From positions 2,616 to 66,615 of the forward strand of contig JAFYEL010000075.1 in NCBI GenBank assembly GCA_017544285.1: 64,000 nt of DNA, in the 5' to 3' direction. The translations under genes and the position numbers were made by a program. Of this stretch, positions 47,477 through 55,309 are shown one piece after another. The notes under the pieces are model-generated. The model searched no databases. It had not been told where the DNA came from and saw only the letters and a program-made list of their open reading frames with translations. Each line of letters starts with the position of its first letter. Positions within the stretch are counted from its first letter, which is position 1. The DNA is from Lachnospiraceae bacterium (GTDB lineage Bacteria > Bacillota > Clostridia > Lachnospirales > Lachnospiraceae).

Positions 47477-48211
47477 TCAGTCATTTATGTGCTTGATAAA
47501 ATAATTGGCTATGCGGTAAGGCTCCATCTCTTTAGAAAATGAGATGCTGTTATTTTCGCTTCCGGAATTTGCCGAATTGCGGGTGGTATTGGTGGCGGTA
47601 AGGTAGTAGAACTTGAACCTTGCGTTCTTTTTCCGGGCCAGCAGCATGGAAAAAAGTCCCATGAACTCGGAGAGCTTCAGTGTGCCCTCCATGCTTATCA
47701 TAGCTATGTCGGACCGGAGTATCAAAGGCCCTATCTCATTTACGTCAAATCTGCTGACATACACCGTAAAATGCGGATCCAGGTAAATCCTGAGTTTCTC
47801 AACATAGTCTATATCATCGTCCAGGATAAGAAATCTGGGCTTCCCAGCCGAGTCAAAGACCTCTTTTCTGACGATGTCCTCCACCATGAGGTTAAAGTGG
47901 GAGAAGGAGTACATCGCAGATTTAATGTACAGTGAGGGGATCAGCGTCTGCATAACATTCACGTCGGCCTTGTTGCCGTAGAGATATATGATCTTTTCGT
48001 CTTCGATGCACATGTCCCGAAGGTAGAGCCCCATTTTGTTCAGGTCGTCGAAGTCGTCGTTGTTGAGGTAAACAAAGATGACGTTTGAACGGTCACGCTT
48101 GGTGATGAGATCCTCAATGGAAAGGGTACTCCAGGTGATCTGCAGCCCCGTTTTGGGGAATTCTTTTTCGATCTTTTCCCTGTGGTTGGTGACAACTATG
48201 ATCTGTTTCAT
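47477..48211 (-). CDS. Double receiver-like (pseudo-receiver) protein, unknown function
   Basis: 245 aa from MKQIIVVTNH (ATG at 48211; the track start at 48322 is an extension). The second half has REC-like LILDDD, 'DIAMISMEG' (Ser where the phospho-Asp is expected) and 'YYLTAT'. The gene is visibly more AT-rich than its neighbours. Confidence 0.5.
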   Translation of the reverse strand: MKQIIVVTNHREKIEKEFPKTGLQITWSTLSIEDLITKRDRSNVIFVYLNNDDFDDLNKMGLYLRDMCIEDEKIIYLYGNKADVNVMQTLIPSLYIKSAMYSFSHFNLMVEDIVRKEVFDSAGKPRFLILDDDIDYVEKLRIYLDPHFTVYVSRFDVNEIGPLILRSDIAMISMEGTLKLSEFMGLFSMLLARKKNARFKFYYLTATNTTRNSANSGSENNSISFSKEMEPYRIANYFIKHIND

Positions 48212-48277
48212 GACACACCCCCCTGTAATAATATATTTCAGTATATCATAAACCCGGGAAATAATCATGGGTGAACC

Positions 48278-48306
48278 TTGCGAAAACACCGGAATGATAT
48301 TATAAT
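48278..48306 (+). promoter_or_regulatory. Promoter candidate for the cNMP/Trk operon
   Basis: TTGCGA (48278..48283), 17-nt spacer, TATAAT (48301..48306). AAAGGAAG SD lies before the ATG at 48382. Confidence 0.5.
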
Positions 48307-48381
48307 TTATTTCGGCGGTCATACCACGGAAAGGCAGGTATTACCGTTAACCGATATAAATTCACGAAAGGAAGATTTATC

Positions 48382-49350
48382 ATGACCGAAAAGACTTTCA
48401 GTAAGGGCGATGTCATATTCCGCGAGGGCGACAAGGGAGAGTGCCTCTACAGCATTATTGACGGAGTAGTCGGCATCTATGTGTCCTACGGAACAGATTC
48501 ACCCAAAAAGCTCACCGACCTTGGCAAGGGCAAGGTATTCGGAGAGATGGCAGTTATCGAGGCCTATTCCAGAAGTGCCACCGCAGTGGCAGAAGATGAT
48601 GTTAAGGTCCTTGAGATCTCCAGCGGCGAGGTTGCGGAGCTTTTCAAGACACAGCCCGACAGCATAGTAGATATAATGAGGCACCTCTGCGGCAGGATCC
48701 GTGAGCTTTCGGCTGACCTGGCAGAGGTAAACAGGGCCATAGCGGAAAGCAGCGCTGCTGAGGCAGAGGATAAGAAAGAGACCTTCCTTGAAAAGATAAA
48801 GAAGTTTGCCGCTGCATACAAGAACAGCAAAAAGCCCGAGTACATCGACAGCATCGAGTCTCTCAGAAAATCCATAATGGCCATCCATTCCGAGGGCTTC
48901 AGCAAGAGGATAGACAGTTTCGAAAAGGGAACGGTGATCTTCAAGCAGGGCGAGATCGGAAAGTGCATGTACGATATCCACTCCGGAAAGATCGGTATCT
49001 ATTCCAACTACAATAAGCCGGACGAAAAGCTGCTGACAGAGCTGGGGCCCAACAAGTTCTTCGGAGAGATCGGTATGCTGGAAGAGGACAGGCACAGCGC
49101 CACAGCGGTGGCCCTTGAGAATGACACCACACTGGAGGTCATCACCGCCGGGGATCTTATGGAGCTCTTCGAAAAGAATCCTCCCAAGGTAGAGATGATC
49201 CTGGCTCACATGTCCTACAGACTCAGGAAGCTCACCGATGAGTACATGGATGCCTGCAAGCTGGCATACGAGGTGACCCAGGCAGAGGGCAGGGTCAGCG
49301 ATGAGGCAAAGGAACAGGCAGCAGCCTATCAGGAAAAATTATATGATTGA
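48382..49350 (+). CDS. Tandem cyclic-nucleotide-binding (CNB) domain protein without output domain
   Basis: Two cNMP-binding units: 'FREGDKGECLYSIIDGVVGIY...FGEMAVIEAYSRSATAVA' and 'FKQGEIGKCMYDIHSGKIGIY...FGEIGMLEEDRHSATAVA'. No HTH or enzymatic domain is recognisable. Confidence 0.85.
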   Translation: MTEKTFSKGDVIFREGDKGECLYSIIDGVVGIYVSYGTDSPKKLTDLGKGKVFGEMAVIEAYSRSATAVAEDDVKVLEISSGEVAELFKTQPDSIVDIMRHLCGRIRELSADLAEVNRAIAESSAAEAEDKKETFLEKIKKFAAAYKNSKKPEYIDSIESLRKSIMAIHSEGFSKRIDSFEKGTVIFKQGEIGKCMYDIHSGKIGIYSNYNKPDEKLLTELGPNKFFGEIGMLEEDRHSATAVALENDTTLEVITAGDLMELFEKNPPKVEMILAHMSYRLRKLTDEYMDACKLAYEVTQAEGRVSDEAKEQAAAYQEKLYD

Positions 49351-50131
49351 TAAGACGGTTACCGTCAGCCGCAATCTGATTCAGGTGCAGCCCGTACGCA
49401 CCGCAAGGGAGGAATGGAAGTCCCTTGCGGAGAGCGAGGGCCTTGGCTACGAGGTACTGGAGCTTTCAATGCCGCCCGCTCTGAATGAGAGCGGGCTTTT
49501 TGACAGCTGTGTGAAGTGGTACAGGGAAAGCGGCAGGGCAGGTTCGATACACGGCAATTTTATAGACGTAAACCCGGGAAGCGGTGATAAAAAATTCAGG
49601 GAGCTCTCCTTCGAAAGGTGCAGGGAAAGCTGCCGGGCCGCCGCACTGGTGGGGGCCGAAAACATCGTTTTCCACTCCAGCTGCAACTCCTTTTTAAGGG
49701 GAGCATACATGGAGGGCTGGTCTGCTTTGTGCGCGGGTTTTTTTGACACCTTAGCCGATGAGTCGGGCCTGAATATTTTTATTGAAAACAGTCCCGATGT
49801 GGACCCCGAGCCCCTTAAGAATCTTATGAGCGTAAAGCGCAGTCCCCTGGTGGGAGTGTGCCTGGATCTGGGCCATGCAAACTACTCAAGGGTCGGGCTC
49901 GACCGGTGGTTTTCAGAGCTGGGAGAGTATATCGGCTACCTCCACCTTTCGGACAACATGGGAGAATTTGATGATCACCTGCCCCTGGGAAAAGGTACGG
50001 TGGACTGGAAAGAGGCCCACAGGCTCTGGAAGGCCCTTGGGAAAGCGACCCCCATGACACTTGAGGTGGGAGGCATAGACAGCGTCAGAGCGTCCCTGGC
50101 CTTTTTGAGAGAGCATCATTACTTTGAGTAA
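49343..50131 (+). CDS. Sugar phosphate isomerase/epimerase (xylose-isomerase-like TIM barrel) family protein
   Basis: MIDKTVTV start overlaps the CNB stop by 8 nt. 'VFHSS', 'IFIENS', 'VCLDLGHAN' and 'HLSDN' are metal-ligand-type motifs of the AP-endonuclease-2/TIM-barrel family. Confidence 0.7.
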   Translation: MIDKTVTVSRNLIQVQPVRTAREEWKSLAESEGLGYEVLELSMPPALNESGLFDSCVKWYRESGRAGSIHGNFIDVNPGSGDKKFRELSFERCRESCRAAALVGAENIVFHSSCNSFLRGAYMEGWSALCAGFFDTLADESGLNIFIENSPDVDPEPLKNLMSVKRSPLVGVCLDLGHANYSRVGLDRWFSELGEYIGYLHLSDNMGEFDDHLPLGKGTVDWKEAHRLWKALGKATPMTLEVGGIDSVRASLAFLREHHYFE

Positions 50132-50145
50132 TATTCGGAGGTAAC

Positions 50146-51543
50146 ATGGAAGAGCTGCGTCCCATAATGCTGCAAAACATATTGAAGAACATGTCCGAGG
50201 GCATAGTGCTGGTAAACTTCGACGGCCTGGTAAACTTCGCCAACAGCGCCGCCCTGGAGCTTCTGGGCTACACCCCGGAGGAGTTCATAGGGAAGAAGAT
50301 CGCCGGCCTCTTCTTTTCGGATCAGAGGAACGATGATTTCGCCCAGACCATAGTTGATTCCATATACGACAGAAATAAGGAGCACCGCAGCGTGGTGCTC
50401 TATCACAAAGGTGATGAGGTTCATCATCTCAGCGTTTCCACCTCCTACCTCAAAGAGGATGACGAAAAGGTGGGCATCATCATGGTGCTCTCGGATCTCA
50501 GTGAGATCATGGATCTGAGAGACGCGGTGAAGTCAATGGAAAAGATAAAGGAGCTGAACAGGCAGCTGGAGAAGCGCAACGAGCTCATTAGCAAGACCTT
50601 CGGCCGCTTCCTTTCCGACGACATCGTGAACCACCTGCTTGACACTCCCGACGGTCTGAAGCTGGGAGGCAAAAAGCAGAAGCTCACCATCCTTATGAGC
50701 GATCTGCGGGGCTTTACCGCCATGAGCGAGAGGATGGATGCGGCGGATCTGATCTCCATGCTGAACCATTACCTTGGTGAGATGACAGAGGCCATCCAGG
50801 ATCATAACGGCACCATCATCGAGTTCATCGGCGACGGTATCATGGCCATCTTCGGGGCACCTGATCAAAGCCCGAAGCACGCCGAGGATGCGGTGGCGGC
50901 CGCCCTCGACATGGAGGCGAGGATGGAAAAGATCAACCGGTGGAACAAAAAGCGCAATTTTCCCAGCCTTGAAATGGGCATAGGCATAAACACCGGCGAG
51001 GTTATAGTGGGCAATATCGGCTCCGAAAAGAGGACGAAGTACGGAGTTGTGGGAAGCCACGTAAACCTCTGCGGACGTATAGAGAGCTATACCGTTGGGG
51101 GGCAGATCCTGGTATCACCCACCACCCTTGAGTTTATAGACTGCGACCTTGAGGTTGCAAAGAAATTTACCGTCTATCCCAAGGGGGCAAACGGAGAACT
51201 GGAGCTTTCCCATGTGACCGGTATAGGTGAGCCCTACGATATCCATGTAACGCCGGAGAGCAGCGTGATGCGTACCCTTGATCATCCCGCTCCGGTACGC
51301 TTTTATAAGATCGAAGGCAAGCACGAGACAAATAAGGCAATGTACGGCGGCCTGGTTGCCGTTGCCAGGGATGGAGCAATCCTTGAGACCACAGCAGAGC
51401 TTGAGATATACGACAACATCAGGATCGCAGCCGGCGGCAGGCTTTTTGCCAAGGTTTTGGAAAAGACGGAGAACGGTTATAATCTCCAGTACACTTCCGT
51501 GCCCACCGGGTATGCCGGCTGGCTTAAGGATGCGGGAAACTAA
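50146..51543 (+). CDS. PAS domain-containing class III nucleotidyl cyclase with extra C-terminal beta domain
   Basis: PAS: 'EGIVLVNFDGLVNFANSAALELLGYTPEEFIGK'. Cyclase: 'LTILMSDLRGFT', 'IIEFIGDGIMAIFGAP', 'GINTGEVIVGNIGS', 'KYGVVGSHVNLCGRIES'. About 130 additional C-terminal residues. Confidence 0.88.
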   Translation: MEELRPIMLQNILKNMSEGIVLVNFDGLVNFANSAALELLGYTPEEFIGKKIAGLFFSDQRNDDFAQTIVDSIYDRNKEHRSVVLYHKGDEVHHLSVSTSYLKEDDEKVGIIMVLSDLSEIMDLRDAVKSMEKIKELNRQLEKRNELISKTFGRFLSDDIVNHLLDTPDGLKLGGKKQKLTILMSDLRGFTAMSERMDAADLISMLNHYLGEMTEAIQDHNGTIIEFIGDGIMAIFGAPDQSPKHAEDAVAAALDMEARMEKINRWNKKRNFPSLEMGIGINTGEVIVGNIGSEKRTKYGVVGSHVNLCGRIESYTVGGQILVSPTTLEFIDCDLEVAKKFTVYPKGANGELELSHVTGIGEPYDIHVTPESSVMRTLDHPAPVRFYKIEGKHETNKAMYGGLVAVARDGAILETTAELEIYDNIRIAAGGRLFAKVLEKTENGYNLQYTSVPTGYAGWLKDAGN

Positions 51544-51561
51544 CGACAAGAGGAAAGAGTT

Positions 51562-52926
51562 TTGAAACCTTTCAGGATCTCATCTTCACATTTTATACCC
51601 CTGAGTTTTTTGACAACAATAATCCTGGGGACGCTTCTGCTCATGATCCCGGCCGCCACTACACCGGGAGAGCATACCGATATTCTGACAGCACTTTTCA
51701 CCGCCACCACCTCGGTCTGCGTTACGGGGCTGGTCGTGGTTGATACCTACGCCCATTGGAGCGTTTTCGGTCAGGCGGTCATTCTGCTCCTGGTCCAGAT
51801 CGGAGGTCTGGGAGTGGTGGCAGTAGGCACCATGATAATGCTGCTGGGACGCAGGAAGTTTTCCTTCAGCGATATCAGGCTTCTGGGTGATTCCCTTAAC
51901 GTTGAAAAGAATAAAAGCATTATAGATTTTCTGACCCGTATCTTCAGATGCGTTTTTGTTGTGGAGGGCACGGGGGCTGTTTTGTATGCCGTAAAGTTCG
52001 TACCTCTGCTTGGACCTGTGAAGGGGATCTGGGCCGCCGTATTTCAGTCCGTATCCGCCTTCTGTAATGCGGGAATGGATGTGGTGGGTCCCAACAGCAT
52101 GATGGATTTTCAGGATTCCCCCTTCCTCATGTGTCTCACCATGTGTCTCATCATACTGGGCGGTCTTGGCTTTGTGGTCTGGTTTGACGTTATGGATAAA
52201 ATATCCGACGGCATAAGGCGCAAATTTCCCTTGGCAACCATTATCGCGCGTTTGTCGGAGCATACAAAGATGGTGCTGGTGGTGACCTGCATCCTCATTG
52301 TATCGGGGAGCCTTCTCACTTTTGTATTCGAGCAGGGGAATCCCGGGACCATGGGCTCTATGAGCCTGCCCGAAAAGATACTGAACAGTGTCTTTCAGTC
52401 CGTCACCTTCCGTACCGCGGGCTTTGCTTCCGTTCCCCAGCAAAACCTCACGGAGGCCACCTGCGTGGTGGGCTACGTGCTGATGTTCATCGGCGGATCG
52501 CCGGTGGGTACCGCAGGCGGCGTAAAGACCGTATCTGCCTTTCTGGTCTTTATGAATATTCTTTCATACGTTAAGAACAAACACGAAACAGTTGTATTCG
52601 GGAAAAGGGTTTCCCTTGAGGCTATGAGAAAGGCCGCAGCCGTGGTCTTTGTCAGCCTGGGGGCTGTCGTTATCATGACCCTTTTGCTTATATGCTCCGA
52701 GGCCATATCCCTGACGGATGCCCTGTATGAGGTGGTGAGCGCCCTTGCCACCGTGGGACTTTCCAGAGGACTTACACCCGGCCTTGACATCTTCGGCAGG
52801 ATAGTTATCATAATATCAATGTACCTGGGCAGGATCGGCCCCATATCCATGGCGTTTTTCTTCATCAGAGGCAGCTCCTCCGTAAACAGGATACGCCATG
52901 CGGAGGGAACGTTCTATGTCGGATAG
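51562..52926 (+). CDS. trkH: TrkH/KtrB-family potassium uptake membrane subunit
   Basis: Multi-TM protein with repeated pore-loop signatures 'TSVCVTGL', 'NAGMD', 'RTAGF' and 'TVGLSRG'. TTG start 18 nt after the cyclase stop. Confidence 0.88.
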   Translation: MKPFRISSSHFIPLSFLTTIILGTLLLMIPAATTPGEHTDILTALFTATTSVCVTGLVVVDTYAHWSVFGQAVILLLVQIGGLGVVAVGTMIMLLGRRKFSFSDIRLLGDSLNVEKNKSIIDFLTRIFRCVFVVEGTGAVLYAVKFVPLLGPVKGIWAAVFQSVSAFCNAGMDVVGPNSMMDFQDSPFLMCLTMCLIILGGLGFVVWFDVMDKISDGIRRKFPLATIIARLSEHTKMVLVVTCILIVSGSLLTFVFEQGNPGTMGSMSLPEKILNSVFQSVTFRTAGFASVPQQNLTEATCVVGYVLMFIGGSPVGTAGGVKTVSAFLVFMNILSYVKNKHETVVFGKRVSLEAMRKAAAVVFVSLGAVVIMTLLLICSEAISLTDALYEVVSALATVGLSRGLTPGLDIFGRIVIIISMYLGRIGPISMAFFFIRGSSSVNRIRHAEGTFYVG

Positions 52927-52935
52927 GAGGGATTC

Positions 52936-53586
52936 ATGAGTAAATCGGTTGCGGTCCTGGGACTGGGAAAATACGGCAGGAGTCTTTCGGAAAGCCTGTA
53001 TGAGCTCGGTGCGGATGTCCTGGCGGTCGATGGCGATGAAAAGATAGTGGAAGATATGTCGGACAGGTGCTCCACCGCAGTCTGCGCTGACCTCACCAAA
53101 GAGGAGGCTGTGCTGGCACTGGGGCTTAAGGATATGGACGTGGTGGTCTGCGCCATGGGCGGAAACCTGGCGGCCAGTGTCATGTCCGTAGCCGTCGCCA
53201 AGGAGCAGGGAGTGCCCATGGTGGTGGCCAAGGCATCATCCGATCGAATGGCTTCGGTCCTGTTAAAGGTGGGAGCGGACAAGATCCTGGATCCCGAGGG
53301 AGAGGGCGGCTCGCGTTCGGCCCGCATCCTTCTCTCATCCTCCTTTAAGGACTTTTTCAAACTAGATGAAAACATGTACATGATCGAGATGATACCCAGG
53401 AAGGACTGGATCGGAAAGAACCTGATCGAGCTGGACCTGAGGCGAAATTTCAATGTGAATGTGGTGGCGGTCCGCAGAAAGGGCGAGCTCTGGCGGTTTG
53501 TTGATCCCAAAGAGCCCTTCACGGCGGAGAGCCTTCTGCTCATAGTGATGGAAAAGAAACACATGAAGAAATTTGAACGTAAGTGA
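52936..53586 (+). CDS. trkA: TrkA/KtrA-family potassium uptake regulatory subunit (RCK_N + RCK_C)
   Basis: VAVLGLGKYGRSL Rossmann motif with a 'VLAVD' acidic end, and a C-terminal RCK_C ('IEMIPRKDWIGKNLIELDLRRNFNVNVVAVRR'). Confidence 0.9.
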   Translation: MSKSVAVLGLGKYGRSLSESLYELGADVLAVDGDEKIVEDMSDRCSTAVCADLTKEEAVLALGLKDMDVVVCAMGGNLAASVMSVAVAKEQGVPMVVAKASSDRMASVLLKVGADKILDPEGEGGSRSARILLSSSFKDFFKLDENMYMIEMIPRKDWIGKNLIELDLRRNFNVNVVAVRRKGELWRFVDPKEPFTAESLLLIVMEKKHMKKFERK

Positions 53587-53657
53587 AATTTATTTGCAGT
53601 AAAGAAAGGTGGTGGGGGTGCGGACCTGAGGTGTTCTGATAAAAGATGAGATGATAA

Positions 53658-53690
53658 AATCCCCGGGACGGGAAAACCGTTCCGGGGATT
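53658..53690. terminator. Strong hairpin between convergent trkA and AAA+ genes
   Basis: AATCCCCGGGACGG / CCGTTCCGGGGATT, a 14-bp stem with one mismatch and a GAAAA loop. The flanking U-tracts are weak. Confidence 0.6.
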
Positions 53691-53702
53691 TCTGTCTATG
53701 TA

Positions 53703-55262
53703 TTACAGTGAGATGATATCGTCGAATACGTAGCTGTCAGCGGATCTCTCGGCCTTGAGGATATCCCTTCTGTCCTCAAACAGGCGGGCAACCTCGTTGG
53801 ACATCTCGCCGCCGGGAATATCGCTTGCGGACATGCCGCTGAAGCGCTCGAACTCGGGGCTTCCGAACCTTGATATGAAGCCGCTGCTGTGAGGGTTGGA
53901 GGTGAGCCTGGTCACAAGAGTCTCCATCTCGGTGCCCTCGCCGAAGGCAGCGCTGGTGAAGATGAAGAGGTTTGCAAGCTCTGACTTTATCTGCTCGATG
54001 CTCTGCTTGAGCTCATCCAGCATGGTGCTGAAGGTATCCTTTACAACAGAGTAGTTGTATACGCGGCTGCTGAGGAAGGCTTCCTTGAGCTGAGTGATGA
54101 CCAGGATAACGTGGCGCTGCTTGCTCTCCTCGTCGGAGGAAAGAGACATGGCCTTTTTCTTGGCGTTCATCTCGCGCTCCAGGGTCTCTATCTTGCTGTC
54201 CAGGAAGGTGGTGACACGCTCCGGATCCGGGGTCTTTGCAACCTTGAGGAGAGAAGCGGTCTTTGCCAGGTAGTCGGTCTTTATCATGCAGGTCTTTGTA
54301 TCGTGGATGACTCTGTCTGCCAGCATGGACATAATGGAAAGTCTCTCGTCGGCGGTAGCCATTGCTGCCTTGTCCTTGAAGTCGTCCAGGGAAGAGCCCT
54401 GCAGGATCTCGGTGATGAGGTATTCCTTGTTGTATTTGTTGTAGAGCTCGTAGTAAGCGGAAAACTCCCTGACTATGAGGGTGTTGTAGATGTACTGTGC
54501 CACAAGCTTTTCGTCGACATGATATCCCTTCTTCTCGTAGAGGATCAGCATCTCGGAGAGATCCTCCCATCCACGGGCGGTAACGTAGGTACGGCCGTCG
54601 GGGGTGTTTTCGATCTTGTAGAAGTAATCCCTGTTCATATCAAGGAAGTTGATGATGGTGGGATGGATGGCCTTGGTCATGGCGTATTTTTTGAAGGAGA
54701 GGAAATCGGGCTCTACCTTAAGAACCTTAAGACGGTCCATTACGGCCACGTCGAACTCCCTGACGGATCTGTTGAACTGGGGAGGGTTTCCGGCAGTCAC
54801 TATGATCCAGCCGTTGGGAACAGCGTGCCGGCCGAATACCTTGTACTGCAGGAACTGCAGCATGGAAGGCGCCAGGGTCTCGGACACGCAGTTGATCTCG
54901 TCCAAAAAGAGGATACCCTCGTCGATGCCGCTCTGCTTGCGGGTCTCGTAGATGGAAACGATGATCTCACTCATGGTGTATTCCGTGACCTCTGTCTCAA
55001 CTCCGTCGAAGAGCTCCCGGCGTATCATGGGAAGTCCGATGGCGGACTGACGTGTGTGGTGGGTCATGGAATAGGAGACCAGTGCTATGCCCAGCTCTGC
55101 GGCGATCTGCTCCATGATGGCGGTCTTACCTACACCGGGTGCACCCAGAAGAAATACGGGGCGCTGGCGGGACACGGGGATGATGTAATCACCGGTCTCA
55201 TCCTTTTCCAGGTAAAGGCTGACTGTCTGTTTGATAAACTCCTTTGCTTCGTTGATATTCAT
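53703..55262 (-). CDS. MoxR-class AAA+ ATPase (AAA_5-like) with long helical C-terminal extension
   Basis: Walker A GAPGVGKT (aa 40-47), Walker B ILFLDEIN, sensor-1 VTAGNPP, 'DRL' arginine-finger region. About 270 extra, mostly helical C-terminal residues. Confidence 0.85.
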   Translation of the reverse strand: MNINEAKEFIKQTVSLYLEKDETGDYIIPVSRQRPVFLLGAPGVGKTAIMEQIAAELGIALVSYSMTHHTRQSAIGLPMIRRELFDGVETEVTEYTMSEIIVSIYETRKQSGIDEGILFLDEINCVSETLAPSMLQFLQYKVFGRHAVPNGWIIVTAGNPPQFNRSVREFDVAVMDRLKVLKVEPDFLSFKKYAMTKAIHPTIINFLDMNRDYFYKIENTPDGRTYVTARGWEDLSEMLILYEKKGYHVDEKLVAQYIYNTLIVREFSAYYELYNKYNKEYLITEILQGSSLDDFKDKAAMATADERLSIMSMLADRVIHDTKTCMIKTDYLAKTASLLKVAKTPDPERVTTFLDSKIETLEREMNAKKKAMSLSSDEESKQRHVILVITQLKEAFLSSRVYNYSVVKDTFSTMLDELKQSIEQIKSELANLFIFTSAAFGEGTEMETLVTRLTSNPHSSGFISRFGSPEFERFSGMSASDIPGGEMSNEVARLFEDRRDILKAERSADSYVFDDIISL

Positions 55263-55309
55263 GATCGTGTTATTCCGGCATTTTCAATGCCGCTCCCTTC
55301 CGTTATTTT

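Noticed and set aside
48382-51543. Interpreting the cyclase + CNB pair as a Pycsar-type anti-phage system
   Set aside because: - The CNB protein has no TIR, TM or other killing effector domain.
- The cyclase carries a sensory PAS domain.
- The genes are operonic with trkH/trkA and sit in a core-like GC context.

A housekeeping signalling role is more parsimonious. Nucleotide specificity still needs an assay.
51586-52443. 285-aa minus-strand ORF inside trkH; similar long antisense ORFs at 48499..49209, 42436..43197, 14550..15296, 15898..16518, 39502..40044, 46890..47414 and 32641..33219
   Set aside because: All are antisense to genes with strong family signatures, lack SD/start context and have skewed low-complexity composition. 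I treat them as GC-driven spurious ORFs.
52914-53564. 216-aa minus-strand ORF that mirrors trkA exactly in length
   Set aside because: It is a mirror-image shadow ORF of trkA. The plus frame has the Rossmann GLGKYG motif and an RCK_C domain; the minus frame is Ser/Thr/Arg-rich with no motif.
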